From Myxococcota bacterium (GTDB taxonomy: Bacteria > Myxococcota_A > SURF-8 > G963663525), in contig CAXXVK010000012.1 in the NCBI GenBank assembly GCA_963676915.2, forward strand, positions 32,001-96,000: a stretch of 64,000 nt of DNA. Reading direction: 5' to 3'. The translations under genes and the position numbers were made by a program. Below are positions 27,330 through 38,121 of the stretch, piece after piece. The notes under the pieces were generated by a model. The model was given only the letters and a program-made list of their open reading frames with translations. It made no database searches and was not told the DNA's origin. The number at the start of each line of letters is the position of its first letter. Position 1 is the stretch's first letter.

Positions 27330-30300
27330 ATGAAACGCTCGTTTTTCGGCAGGCTTGCCGTTTTTCTTTTTTTGCTGATCGTATTCACAGGATTCGGTCT
27401 ATCCCATATGGCCTGCAGCAAAAAGAAAAGCAACGTCGAGAAAATCACCGCCGCGTTGGCGAATCGTTTGACCGAATCTTTGAGTTTCAGTGGAGATGTG
27501 GAACTCAAAGAGGGAAATCCTCCCAGTTCATCCAATTCCCCCGATGCACCGCAAATCACCAAGATCGACGCTCCAACTCGCTTTAGTGCTTCATCCCCAT
27601 TCCAGATCGTTCTAAAGACCGACTACCGCTATCCTTCCGAAATCGATTTCACGATCATTCACGTAGAAAACGCCTCGAAATACATTCTCGTCAAGCAACC
27701 GTTTTCCAAGGTAAAGCGCTTGCTACGGTCTAAAACTTTTGCTGACATCCTGGATTCGTCAACACGACTGACCGGAAGTATCGGCGACAATGAAGACATC
27801 AAAGAGCTTGATTTCGTCTTGTTTTTCGCTCTGCGCAACAAAGATGGACAAATCGGCGACTATCGACCCAGCGATTTCAAAATCCCCGAAGACCCACCCG
27901 ATTGCACCGATGAAAACTGCTGCAACGCCGGATTCTGGGTCGAGGCCGGATCGTCCTGCACCTCGGGGACCGACGAGTCCGACTGCACCGAAGACAAATG
28001 CAACGCCGAGCACGTATGCCAGAGCATTCCCGTCGTGGACGGCACGCTTTGCAACGCCGGTTTCGGTGTGGATTCGGGAGAATGTATCGAGGGAATTTGC
28101 GAGGAAATCGCCAATTATCTTCCAAACCTGCTAGCCGAAGCTCTGGAATACCAGACCGAAGGCGCTGTAAAACAAGGAGAGCCGCCGGAAACCAGTACGG
28201 AAGACAATCTGCCGAACATCTCCGAAATCATTCTTCCCGACGAACTTCGAGTCGGTTCCGATTTCAAAGTCATTTTGAAAACGGACTACGAAGCCACGGA
28301 AGAATTGGCCAAAGTCATCGTTCATGTCGTCGGTTCGGATCAATATATCGAATTCGCCAGTAACCTAACCACCGTTGACGGTGTGAGTGTCATCACATTG
28401 GCCGGGTTGATGAATCTGACACTCGAACTGAAAGGAATGGAATTCCAACTCTCGTTCGCTCTGCAAACGACACAAGGAGTTACGGGAACCTACAAAACGG
28501 TAAAAATCGTGATCCCGGAAGAGGAACCGGAATGCGGCATCGGAGCGTGTTGCAACGGCGGTTCGTGGGTCGCCGATGGTGACCCTTGCCTGACGGCCGA
28601 CGGTGAATACTGCACAATCGACACCTGCGATGCAAACCATAAATGTGTCTACAATGCTCGTCCCGATGAAACCTCCTGCAACGACGGCAACGACGAAACC
28701 GTCGGAGACCGCTGTGTCAACGGAATGTGTGCAGGAAGCGAATGCAATTGCTCGGGTGAAAACACTTGTTGCGACGGCTGCAAGTCCATCAACGAGGGAA
28801 ACACCTGTGATGATGGCGACTTATGCACCGAAAACGACACCTGCCGCTCCGGTGCCTGCCGATCGGGTAGCGACGTTGAATGTCCTACACCGGAAAATCC
28901 CTGCCTTGACGCAGGATATTGCCAACCGGAAAACGGCGAATGCACCTATCCCGAACCCAAAGCGGACGGATCGACCTGTGCGCTTAGCGACGAAGAAAGC
29001 GGCTTGTGTGAAAACGGAACATGTATTCGTCCTCCGGCTTTGCGAGTCGAATTGACCTGGGAAACCACCGATGCCACAAGCGAAGCAGGCTTCGACCTGT
29101 ACCTCGTCCGCAAGCGATCTCGAGGAACCTTCGGGCTTTCCCCGAAACCCGTCAGCGATCCCGAACCCATCTCCTGCGGAATCTGCAAAGACACCGAGGA
29201 AGCCTGTACTTCGGATTCGGACTGTGCAACCGACTCCGTGTGTCTGCCTAGTGCAACGATTTGTCTGGAACATGCAAGCTTCTGCCGCGCCGTCAACGAA
29301 CTCAACCCGGACGGCGAACCGCTCGTCACATCACTGGGATACCGTTGCGTACAACCGGATGACGGCATAGACGATACCTGCTGGATTGGAAATCCCGAAC
29401 CGACATGGGGAGAAACCGAAGCGAATCCGGTGTTTTCTTTCACCTCTACAGCAACCACCGGACGGGAAATTATCGAGATTACCAAACCAACGAACGACGA
29501 CGCCTACCGTGTTGTAGTCGCCCGAAGACAGATTGCGAACGAAAGCCAACCGGTAGAGGCCAAACTTGCATTTTACGTCGATGGTGTCGCTCATCAATAC
29601 ATCTCTGCAAATGACCAGACGGCAACCGACGGTCCACTGGTTCAAGCCATTTCCACAAACGGTTCATACTGGAAAGCCACCGACATTGTTTGGAGCGTAA
29701 TGGAAATTCGACAGATTCCGGTACACGATGAAGAAGCCGGACTTTCCGAAGAACCTTTCGCCAATCCGTTTTTGTTGTCCGATAGCACCTATGCGGTGCT
29801 CAATCCGAACGATTGTGACCAACTTCGCTCGATTTGGTGCGATTCTTCGGAAGATTTCGTGAACGAAGAAGAAACCGCCAGTTGCAACGATCTTTACTTC
29901 AATGACGTAACATGGTGCGTCTGCGAACCTTCCTGTGCGGAAAACGCTTCCTGCGTTGAAGGCGAATGCGTCTGTGATGAGGGTTTTTCCGGCAATCCTT
30001 ACGAATCCTGTACGGAAATTTCAGGAGGGGATGAGGATAGCGGAGACGTGGAAATTACCCCGACTCTCTGCCGGAACGACAACGACTGTTCTCCCGAGCA
30101 ACGTTGCGGAAAACCTCTGTACGAATGTGTTTCCCAAGAGTGCCCCGAAAACCTCGACTCCACCTGTCAGGCTCTTTATCCCGACAGCGACTACCAGATC
30201 CAATGCGACGAAAACCAGATGTGCGCTCCCGAAAAATGTACGGAAAACTCCTGGTGCGACACAGGATACGTCTGTGTTTCGGGACAATGTCGCCAGCCCG

Positions 30301-33300
30301 ACGATCCGGCGTCTATCACTTCAATTGAAATCAACGAGCCAGGCGAATTTCTGCCTCTTGGCGTCACTCGCAAACTAAGTTTCACGGCCTACGATTCCGC
30401 CGGAAACCCGCTGGCACTATCCGATTCTTTCGCGGTGAACTGGTCCTCCACCCAACCCACACAACTCAGTGTCACTCCACAAGGAGAAATCACAGCGTTG
30501 GCCGCAGGAAACGAAATTGAAATCAGCATCTCGGTACCGGAGCGTCAAGAACTTACGGATACAGTGCCATTCTCGGTGCTTTCTCGTTCAGGCGAAACAG
30601 CCGAACTGGTCGTCGTGAACGCCAGTACCGGCGATGTCATCGAAACTGCCACCGTGCTCCAGGGAACCGAACCTTGCACATATAGCTCTACGAGTCATAG
30701 CTACGTTTGTTCATCAACCTGCGCAGCCGTTCCCTGCAACTTCCATGTGTTTCACTCTGAGTACGAATACGTTTCGATCTTCCAAACCTCAAGTGAATTC
30801 GTGCACATACCGCTGACACCCAACGAAAACCTTGGGGAAGTATCGGGCGTGCAGGGAAAAATGGACATTACTTCGCTCCCGCAAGTATTGCTCAATGAGG
30901 ACATGCTGACCACCCAGTCCGGTTTTGCTCTGAACGGCAACTGGATGAACCGTGGTTTCCGAAATTTCCTGAGCGAATCGGTGAACACTCATCTGGAAAT
31001 TGGCTCTTTTATCAATCAACACCTCGACTTCTCCTCAGGGGCAGAATTGGAGATAGGTACTTATTCCACCCGTACAAAATTCCAAATCGTCACCCCCTTC
31101 CAATCGAATGGCTCGGCATCCATTTGGGGATTTGGCGGACGTATGCCCCTTTTGGACGTAATCAATATTATCACGCCGAACATCAGCAACGAGTTAGATC
31201 TACATACTCTTCTAATAAATATTGAACCATTGTTCTGGGAGAATCTCTGGCATGCGGCAACCGGACTACCCACCGAAAACCACAGCAAACAATGGGATGA
31301 TTTCAGTCAAATCAACTACCTGGACGACCTCTCCGAATTCGAAACACTCTCCAATGGAGCATCGTTACAGGCTGTCATGCCGTTAACCGGCGAGGCCGAC
31401 TTGGAATTTGGTTCCATGCCTTACCTGCCAACGGAAACAGAAGAAGAAGCCTGCTCGCAGATAGCTTTGACCTTGGTGGCGGCCCAGCATCCTAAGTACG
31501 GACTTGTGCCGTTGGGCTTCGGTGTCGGACCCGACGACGATTCCCTTTGCGGTGATGGAGCTTCGTTCCATCAAATCGTGCGATTCGCCCCGCAACACGG
31601 CAACTTGTACGGTTTCCCCTACGTACTCATCACGCTGGCCACGTTTAACGACAGCACGGATATTCTGGGAACGGAAGATTGGTATACCTTCGGATTGTTC
31701 GATTTCGCCTCTACATTCTTCAACGTTTTGGCGCTGCATTCGGCGGCCAGCTTTACCGTGCAGCGCTCGCAGACGATCCCTTCGGGAATTCTTTCTACAC
31801 CTGAATTCGCCCCTTCCGTCACCAATGCCACCTACGACGACGAAACAAAGGCATTTGGTGCATCCACCGACTCTGAAGCAACGTTTGCCCGCGTAACGTT
31901 TTCCAACGAATACGACCAATTCACGTCATTCTGGCAAAAACGGCGCTGGACCGTCTACAGCCCCGCAAGCGATCAAATCGCTTTCAACCTACCGCAAAAC
32001 CTCGATGGGGTGGATTATACGAGAATCTCGAAAATCGAAGCCGGAACCGCCCGTCTGAAAGACGGGACAACATCCTTGACCTACAACGATGTATTCAACT
32101 TCAACGGCACCGATCTTGCAAACATCAATTCTCTGCTCGAAAGCTTCAGTTCTACTCCTCTCCCAATAAATACCTGCGCAAACGTATCCTGCGGACAAGA
32201 AGCTTATTGCGACCAGGAAACCGGCGAATGCGTCTGCTACAATTCCGACTGGGGCGGCAATCCTTACGACTACTGCTACGATCTCTGCGTTTTCGTTGAA
32301 TGCGTAAATAATGCCTCCTGTTTCCGTGGCGAGTGCTCCTGTGACGCCGGATACGAAGGAGACCCCGAAACCGAATGCCTGCCGCGAGAAGATTTCGTCG
32401 CCACCATTATCGATTTCGGCAGCGGAACGCCGGTTCCTTCGATGCGAGTCAATATTCTCGAGCACTTGGGCGAAGAATTCGGCTTCGAAGAACCGATTGT
32501 CGCCGACGAAAACGGAAAGGTCGTCATCAGCTATCCCGTTTACACGGATGAGTTGTATCCTTTCCTGGCCGACTTCCTTGTGTATGGCGATTCAACCAGC
32601 GTCGATACCTATCAGTTCAGCTATCCTTCCTTAAGCGACGACTCTACGCTTTACAGTGTCTCCCAGATAACCTATCAAACGGCGCTTATCACGGCAGGAG
32701 GGGAAATCGAATCGAATACCAACCATGTTTTCGGAATGCTTCTGTGGGAGGACTCGGAGGGCGAAGAGCAGCCCGTAGGCTGCGCGACCATTTCCATTAC
32801 CTCCGCAAATGGCAATTCAGGCAGCGAAGCCGTTCGGTATTTCGGAGACAACGGCTTGCCTACGACGTTGGCAAACCAGTCTTCCATCAACGCCAATCAT
32901 GGGGGATTCCTGATCGGTAACGTGCAACCCGGCGAAGCAACCATCCAGGTCATGACCTACGACAACGAGATCTATTCCCTGGATATTCTTGCCCGTTCGG
33001 ACGCCGCAACCGTGGCCCATATCGTATTGCCCCACGGTCAGTTCTCGGAAAACCCCGGTCCCTGCTCCGGAGGGGTCACCTGTCAAACAGGATATGTCTG
33101 GGCTGAGGGAGAATGCCGAATTGCCGGATTCAGCGGTGAATGCCTGGAAAACTGCACCAATGAAGATTGCATCGACAACAGCGGCATGTGTACCCAGGAC
33201 AACGGCGAGTGCATGCCCGTGTACTGTCGTAGTCATGACGACTGCGCAGACCTCTGGCGCTGCGATGGTCCCGACACCTGGCCGGGGTGGTTCGGCTGCG

Positions 33301-36300
33301 ATTACGTGACGCGAAAATGCTACCGTGGCGTAGGTCCGGACCCTGATTTCTGCGAAGACTACGACGGCGGGCATTATTGTTGCCAGAACGACGATCCTTG
33401 TGGATGGGGACAAAACGGCATTTGCGATTGTGAAACCACCTGCGAGTGGGACATTTCCGACTGTACCGATTACTGCCAGGGTGTAACCTGCGCGGCGCAC
33501 GCTCACTGTGAAATTATCGATTACGACGGCGTCTGCGTCTGTAACAACGGATTCACAGGCGATGGCGCAACCTTGTGTGAACCAGAACACGACTGCAACG
33601 AAACCGGCTTCGAATGCACGGTAGAGAATTCCTATTGTACGACGGAGGGATACTGCGAATGCAACGAAAGCTATGAAGGCGATGCCTACGACCAATGCAA
33701 ACCGAATCCCTGCTTTGAGGTGCAATGCGGTGAAAATGCCACTTGTAACGAAGGTATCTGCTATTGCAACGATGGCTTCGAGGGCGACGCTTCCACGCTT
33801 TGCACTTTGATGTTGCTGTACTGCGACGAAGAAGATGAATGCCCCACGGGCTACCCCTGCCATGACATCGAGCATCGATGCAGGGAAACGGAATGCGACA
33901 CCACAACAGAGTGCGAAAACCGCTATCCGGTGCTCGAACCCGGAGACGCAGCCATGGAATGCGGCGAAGACAATCTCTGCTACCCGCGGCCCTGCCGCAG
34001 CGATGGAGAATGCACCAGCGGATTTACCTGCATGGCGGCTCGCTGTGTCAAAACCGCAGAAGTCGTCCAAGTCTTTTACCTTGAAATCCTCAACGGTTCC
34101 AGCCCCTTACCCGTTGGTGCTTCGATACAGCTTCATGCTGCTGCTTATGACGAGGGAGACAAAATCCTTCCCTTCGACGCTTCGCAATTCGAATGGTCAA
34201 CGACGAATACCAACGGCTCGGTGACAGCGGACGGCCTGTTTACCACCGTATCGGAAGGTTCGGTCAGTGTTGAAGTCTCGGTATCAGGAACGGTGGAACG
34301 TTCTGCCACGGCAACGTTCCGTATCGTCGGGAATGCTACAGCCGACACCGTACGCGTTCAGGTGATCGAGGAACATACGGGGGAGATCATCTCCGATGCG
34401 CACGTCTACCAAGGAGAAACGCAACTGACATACGATGGGCAAAGCGCTTACACAGGAGCCGCCTGTCCGCAATACACCTGTGATTACCATATCTTCCACC
34501 CGGACTACGCCCACGTTTCGATCATGAAGACCACAGCCGAAGACCTGTTGATCCCTCTTGAACCGAACCAGAAACTAGGACAAGTAGAGGGACTTCGAGG
34601 AAACATCGACATGTCGGCCTACCCCGAAGTGTTGCGAGGACAAGACGTTTTCTTCACTCAATCCGCTTTCGCCATGAATGGCAACCTGATGAACCACGAT
34701 TTCGGCTCGATATTGGGAGAACTCGTGGATACCCCCATTCATTTAGGATCGCTCATAAGCGACGACCTGCCTGTTTCCTCTGGATATGTCGGTGGTTTGG
34801 CAAACTCCAACTTCCGCGAGGAGTTCGATATTGTTGGAAAGCCGTCTTCCTTTCCTCGCTACGCCTGGACGCTTGGAGGATATACCGACCTGAGCAGCGT
34901 GATCGACATCATTAGCTCAGACGAAAGCGAAGGAAATCCGGCGTACATGTTCTCGGCCCTCCATCAGCTTTTGGATGGAACCCTCTGGCACGGCACGTCT
35001 GTTTCCAGCGATTTATCTGAAGTTTCAGGTAGTTGGGACACCGAAAACAACAACCAGCCTCTCTATTTCGGTAGTTTGCCGGAACGCTCCATGGCTGTAA
35101 CCGAACCCACAAGCCAGAGAATCTCGGTTCAGGTTCCTGCCCAGTCTTCGATTCCTACCCTCGAAAGTTCCTTATGCCCGGACGTGCTGCTTTCCGTCGT
35201 GACCGCCAACCGCTTCGGATACGGTCAAATTCCACTGGGATACTCCATATCGCAACTGGAAACGGGCTGCACGAGCGGACGAACCCTCGACATCGGCTAC
35301 GCTCCTCAGCACGACGGCATGGACGATTTCCCCTACAATATCATCGTAATGGCGCTGAATCTGAACGAAGCTTTAGCCGATGAAAGTATCGATACACTCT
35401 ACTATTACCTGTTCTTCGAGCCAGCATTTATGTATTACTATTTCCCGCTGGTTACGTCTTTCGGTTCGATGTCCGTCTACCGCGTACAGGCTGGAGAAAT
35501 GCCACCTCCCAGCCTCGACGCTCCCCCTGCTTCGAAGTACGTCGCCAATGCCGTATGGAATCCAAGTACGTTGCAATTCACGGCAGAGGGCGTTCCCGGT
35601 GAATCCCTTACCCGCGTAACCTTCAGCAAGGATTTCGATGCCTACACCAGCGTTTGGGAACGGAAACGGTGGATTGTCTATTATCCCAACAGCCTGACCG
35701 TGGACTTTACCCTTCCCACTGGATTGGAAGGTTCGGAATCCACACGTCTGTACAGCCTCGAAGACAACGCCATCGAAGCCCAATCAGCACGAATGACTCT
35801 GGAAAACAGCGGTGCTCTCATTGGCTACGACGCGCTGCTGGAATTCAACCAAACCAACCTCGACCGAGTAAACCAGTGGTTGGAATCCACCAGTTACTTC
35901 CCGGTTGTCCAGGATGAATACGTAGATCCCTGCGAGTCGGTTTCCTGTGGCACAAACGCCCATTGCGTCGAAGGCCACTGCGTCTGCGATACGGGCTATG
36001 AGGGAGATCCCACCACCGAATGCACAGCCGTCGTTCTGCATGATTTCAGTGCAACGCTTATCAATGCTTCAGGCTCGAACGTCAGCAACATTCCGGTGCA
36101 AATCTATTCAACGGCAACAGGAACGGAACTGACAAGCGAGCCGTTGATTTCCGATGCAGAAGGAAAAATCTATTTCGATTATGCAGAACAACAAAGCGGT
36201 ACGATAGATATCCTTGCTTCGGGCAACGACATGTATCGGAATTCATCCACGTATTCCCTGGACCCGTACTCGCAAAACGTCGAGTTGCTTTTGTATGAAA

Positions 36301-37115
36301 CCTCAACAGTTTCCGCGTTGTACTCCATGTTGGGAGTCACATCGGAAGAAGGAACCTCCATGGTCATCGGCCAGTTATTCTGGACCGATTCTCAAGGAGA
36401 AAAGGAACCGATTGCCTGCGCAAAAATAACAACGAACGATATGACGGGAACCGAAGATTCCGGCTACCTGGCTCGCGTCCGCTATGCCGATGAATCAAGT
36501 AACCTTGTTTCGCTGGAACAACAGGATTCCACAAGTACGGCTGCCTTATTCATCATTTTCAACGTTCCGGCCGGAGAAACCACATTCAACGTGTGGATTT
36601 CAGGCGAGATCCTCACATCGTTCACCCTACGGATCATCGGTGATTCAACGGCCTTTACACCCTTTATCCTGCCGTACGAACAGTTCTCAACCAATCCATC
36701 GACCTGCACACCAAGTTGCCAGGATGGCCAGGTCTTTGCGGACGACGATTGCCGGACGATCGGCTTTAGTTCCTGTCAGGCGGGTTGTTCGAACGTAAAT
36801 TGCCCAGGAACCTACGAAATGTGCACCGTGGACAACGGAGAATGTCAACCCGTGTACTGCACCGCAGATACCGACTGCTACAACCTCTGGCAATGCGATG
36901 GAGAAGAGACCGTATCCACCCAATGGTTCGGCTGCGATACGAGCGTCAACAAATGCCTGCGAGGCGGAGGGGAATCACCCGATTTCTGTACGGGATATAC
37001 CGGTTCCCATTACTGCTGCCAAGCCCACAATCCTTGTGGATGGGCAGAAAACGGCACATGCGATTGCGAAGATACCTGTTCATGGGAAGCAGGAGAATGC
37101 GGCCTGACAAGGTAA
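27330..37115 (+). CDS. Giant (3261 aa) Cys-rich surface lipoprotein with EGF-like, Big_2/Ig-like and YfaP-like domains
   Basis: GGAGG SD, lipobox HMAC, many CxCxxG[YF]xG EGF repeats, CDDGDLCTENDTC repeats and internal duplications. Confidence 0.88.
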   Translation: MKRSFFGRLAVFLFLLIVFTGFGLSHMACSKKKSNVEKITAALANRLTESLSFSGDVELKEGNPPSSSNSPDAPQITKIDAPTRFSASSPFQIVLKTDYRYPSEIDFTIIHVENASKYILVKQPFSKVKRLLRSKTFADILDSSTRLTGSIGDNEDIKELDFVLFFALRNKDGQIGDYRPSDFKIPEDPPDCTDENCCNAGFWVEAGSSCTSGTDESDCTEDKCNAEHVCQSIPVVDGTLCNAGFGVDSGECIEGICEEIANYLPNLLAEALEYQTEGAVKQGEPPETSTEDNLPNISEIILPDELRVGSDFKVILKTDYEATEELAKVIVHVVGSDQYIEFASNLTTVDGVSVITLAGLMNLTLELKGMEFQLSFALQTTQGVTGTYKTVKIVIPEEEPECGIGACCNGGSWVADGDPCLTADGEYCTIDTCDANHKCVYNARPDETSCNDGNDETVGDRCVNGMCAGSECNCSGENTCCDGCKSINEGNTCDDGDLCTENDTCRSGACRSGSDVECPTPENPCLDAGYCQPENGECTYPEPKADGSTCALSDEESGLCENGTCIRPPALRVELTWETTDATSEAGFDLYLVRKRSRGTFGLSPKPVSDPEPISCGICKDTEEACTSDSDCATDSVCLPSATICLEHASFCRAVNELNPDGEPLVTSLGYRCVQPDDGIDDTCWIGNPEPTWGETEANPVFSFTSTATTGREIIEITKPTNDDAYRVVVARRQIANESQPVEAKLAFYVDGVAHQYISANDQTATDGPLVQAISTNGSYWKATDIVWSVMEIRQIPVHDEEAGLSEEPFANPFLLSDSTYAVLNPNDCDQLRSIWCDSSEDFVNEEETASCNDLYFNDVTWCVCEPSCAENASCVEGECVCDEGFSGNPYESCTEISGGDEDSGDVEITPTLCRNDNDCSPEQRCGKPLYECVSQECPENLDSTCQALYPDSDYQIQCDENQMCAPEKCTENSWCDTGYVCVSGQCRQPDDPASITSIEINEPGEFLPLGVTRKLSFTAYDSAGNPLALSDSFAVNWSSTQPTQLSVTPQGEITALAAGNEIEISISVPERQELTDTVPFSVLSRSGETAELVVVNASTGDVIETATVLQGTEPCTYSSTSHSYVCSSTCAAVPCNFHVFHSEYEYVSIFQTSSEFVHIPLTPNENLGEVSGVQGKMDITSLPQVLLNEDMLTTQSGFALNGNWMNRGFRNFLSESVNTHLEIGSFINQHLDFSSGAELEIGTYSTRTKFQIVTPFQSNGSASIWGFGGRMPLLDVINIITPNISNELDLHTLLINIEPLFWENLWHAATGLPTENHSKQWDDFSQINYLDDLSEFETLSNGASLQAVMPLTGEADLEFGSMPYLPTETEEEACSQIALTLVAAQHPKYGLVPLGFGVGPDDDSLCGDGASFHQIVRFAPQHGNLYGFPYVLITLATFNDSTDILGTEDWYTFGLFDFASTFFNVLALHSAASFTVQRSQTIPSGILSTPEFAPSVTNATYDDETKAFGASTDSEATFARVTFSNEYDQFTSFWQKRRWTVYSPASDQIAFNLPQNLDGVDYTRISKIEAGTARLKDGTTSLTYNDVFNFNGTDLANINSLLESFSSTPLPINTCANVSCGQEAYCDQETGECVCYNSDWGGNPYDYCYDLCVFVECVNNASCFRGECSCDAGYEGDPETECLPREDFVATIIDFGSGTPVPSMRVNILEHLGEEFGFEEPIVADENGKVVISYPVYTDELYPFLADFLVYGDSTSVDTYQFSYPSLSDDSTLYSVSQITYQTALITAGGEIESNTNHVFGMLLWEDSEGEEQPVGCATISITSANGNSGSEAVRYFGDNGLPTTLANQSSINANHGGFLIGNVQPGEATIQVMTYDNEIYSLDILARSDAATVAHIVLPHGQFSENPGPCSGGVTCQTGYVWAEGECRIAGFSGECLENCTNEDCIDNSGMCTQDNGECMPVYCRSHDDCADLWRCDGPDTWPGWFGCDYVTRKCYRGVGPDPDFCEDYDGGHYCCQNDDPCGWGQNGICDCETTCEWDISDCTDYCQGVTCAAHAHCEIIDYDGVCVCNNGFTGDGATLCEPEHDCNETGFECTVENSYCTTEGYCECNESYEGDAYDQCKPNPCFEVQCGENATCNEGICYCNDGFEGDASTLCTLMLLYCDEEDECPTGYPCHDIEHRCRETECDTTTECENRYPVLEPGDAAMECGEDNLCYPRPCRSDGECTSGFTCMAARCVKTAEVVQVFYLEILNGSSPLPVGASIQLHAAAYDEGDKILPFDASQFEWSTTNTNGSVTADGLFTTVSEGSVSVEVSVSGTVERSATATFRIVGNATADTVRVQVIEEHTGEIISDAHVYQGETQLTYDGQSAYTGAACPQYTCDYHIFHPDYAHVSIMKTTAEDLLIPLEPNQKLGQVEGLRGNIDMSAYPEVLRGQDVFFTQSAFAMNGNLMNHDFGSILGELVDTPIHLGSLISDDLPVSSGYVGGLANSNFREEFDIVGKPSSFPRYAWTLGGYTDLSSVIDIISSDESEGNPAYMFSALHQLLDGTLWHGTSVSSDLSEVSGSWDTENNNQPLYFGSLPERSMAVTEPTSQRISVQVPAQSSIPTLESSLCPDVLLSVVTANRFGYGQIPLGYSISQLETGCTSGRTLDIGYAPQHDGMDDFPYNIIVMALNLNEALADESIDTLYYYLFFEPAFMYYYFPLVTSFGSMSVYRVQAGEMPPPSLDAPPASKYVANAVWNPSTLQFTAEGVPGESLTRVTFSKDFDAYTSVWERKRWIVYYPNSLTVDFTLPTGLEGSESTRLYSLEDNAIEAQSARMTLENSGALIGYDALLEFNQTNLDRVNQWLESTSYFPVVQDEYVDPCESVSCGTNAHCVEGHCVCDTGYEGDPTTECTAVVLHDFSATLINASGSNVSNIPVQIYSTATGTELTSEPLISDAEGKIYFDYAEQQSGTIDILASGNDMYRNSSTYSLDPYSQNVELLLYETSTVSALYSMLGVTSEEGTSMVIGQLFWTDSQGEKEPIACAKITTNDMTGTEDSGYLARVRYADESSNLVSLEQQDSTSTAALFIIFNVPAGETTFNVWISGEILTSFTLRIIGDSTAFTPFILPYEQFSTNPSTCTPSCQDGQVFADDDCRTIGFSSCQAGCSNVNCPGTYEMCTVDNGECQPVYCTADTDCYNLWQCDGEETVSTQWFGCDTSVNKCLRGGGESPDFCTGYTGSHYCCQAHNPCGWAENGTCDCEDTCSWEAGECGLTR
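30066..37100 (+). repeat. Protein-level duplication of an approximately 1100-aa module (about 30066-33465 and 33820-37100)
   Basis: Paired motifs: FTAYD/AAAYD, HVFHSEYEYVSI/HIFHPDYAHVSI, TQSGFALNGN/TQSAFAMNGN, FAPQHG/YAPQHD, WFGCD, HYCC..PCGW..NG.CDCE.TC.W. Confidence 0.85.
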
Positions 37116-37141
37116 CATTTGTGAAGAGAGGAAAGTTCAGA

Positions 37142-38092
37142 TTACAAATCTAGGTGCTTTTTCCGACAGCAGGTTTTGAACTGTTGGGTAACGTCCAAGA
37201 CACCTTCTAAAATACCGGTGGTATCTTCTGCGTTTGTATCGAGCAAGACTAACAGTCGGTCGAAGGCTTCCAAAGCGGGGGTCATGGAAGCATCGAAATG
37301 GTTGTGGTCGTGCATCCGCTCTTGAATAAGACGACCGGAGCGGAGCATCGCCGGAGAAACACCCTCCCCCACTGCCTGAGATGCCGTCATAGCGCTCCAG
37401 AATCCCAAGAAAAACAAGGTGCTATCCTTGCTTGTCTCTTTGGAAAACCAACGGACCAGTTCCAAATGACATTGAGCGAAGGCTTCGGGATTGCGATGGC
37501 CCCGTTCATAGTGAAACAAGGCCTGCTCCATGGCTGTCACGAGTTTTTCGGGGAGCCAGGCATTTTCCTTTTTCATAAGACGTTTGATGGCCAGACTGTT
37601 GGACACACGACTTTCACGGTCCAACTCATCCAATAGGGGAGCAACGGCGAGCATCAGTCCCACCGAGAACGCCTCCCACTCGGGATATTGCCGTTTAAGG
37701 CTTCTGCCGTTTTTGAGCCAGAATCCCGTGCTCTCTTGATACAGCTTTCTAAAAACTTCTCTGTTCTCTTCACTTAAGCGATCCGAACAGAATGTAGAAA
37801 CCCATTGCAAAGCACTCCAGGCGTCGCTTTGCGCAAGGCAGGGCACAGGAATCACTACGGCGGTTTGTAATGTGGAAGAAGCGGATTCAGTCGCCTCGGT
37901 AGTAGTGGTGTCCATAGTTGGAGTTTCAGGGATCGAAACAACCTCAGAAGAGGTTGGAGATTCCTCGGTTTGGGCTGAAGCAAGGTTGAATCCGGCAACC
38001 ATCACTGACACAGCAAGCATTCCACCGAGGATGAAATGACCCGAAAAGGATGAAAAATAAAGATCTCGACGCGAAAAAGGAAAACGTTTCAT
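37142..38092 (-). CDS. Hypothetical exported protein
   Basis: Signal/TM segment, Ser/Thr/Glu-rich linker and helical C-terminus; no family recognised. Confidence 0.6.
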   Translation of the reverse strand: MKRFPFSRRDLYFSSFSGHFILGGMLAVSVMVAGFNLASAQTEESPTSSEVVSIPETPTMDTTTTEATESASSTLQTAVVIPVPCLAQSDAWSALQWVSTFCSDRLSEENREVFRKLYQESTGFWLKNGRSLKRQYPEWEAFSVGLMLAVAPLLDELDRESRVSNSLAIKRLMKKENAWLPEKLVTAMEQALFHYERGHRNPEAFAQCHLELVRWFSKETSKDSTLFFLGFWSAMTASQAVGEGVSPAMLRSGRLIQERMHDHNHFDASMTPALEAFDRLLVLLDTNAEDTTGILEGVLDVTQQFKTCCRKKHLDL

Positions 38093-38121
38093 AATTTTTT
38101 CCGAATGATAAGAGTCGCGGT

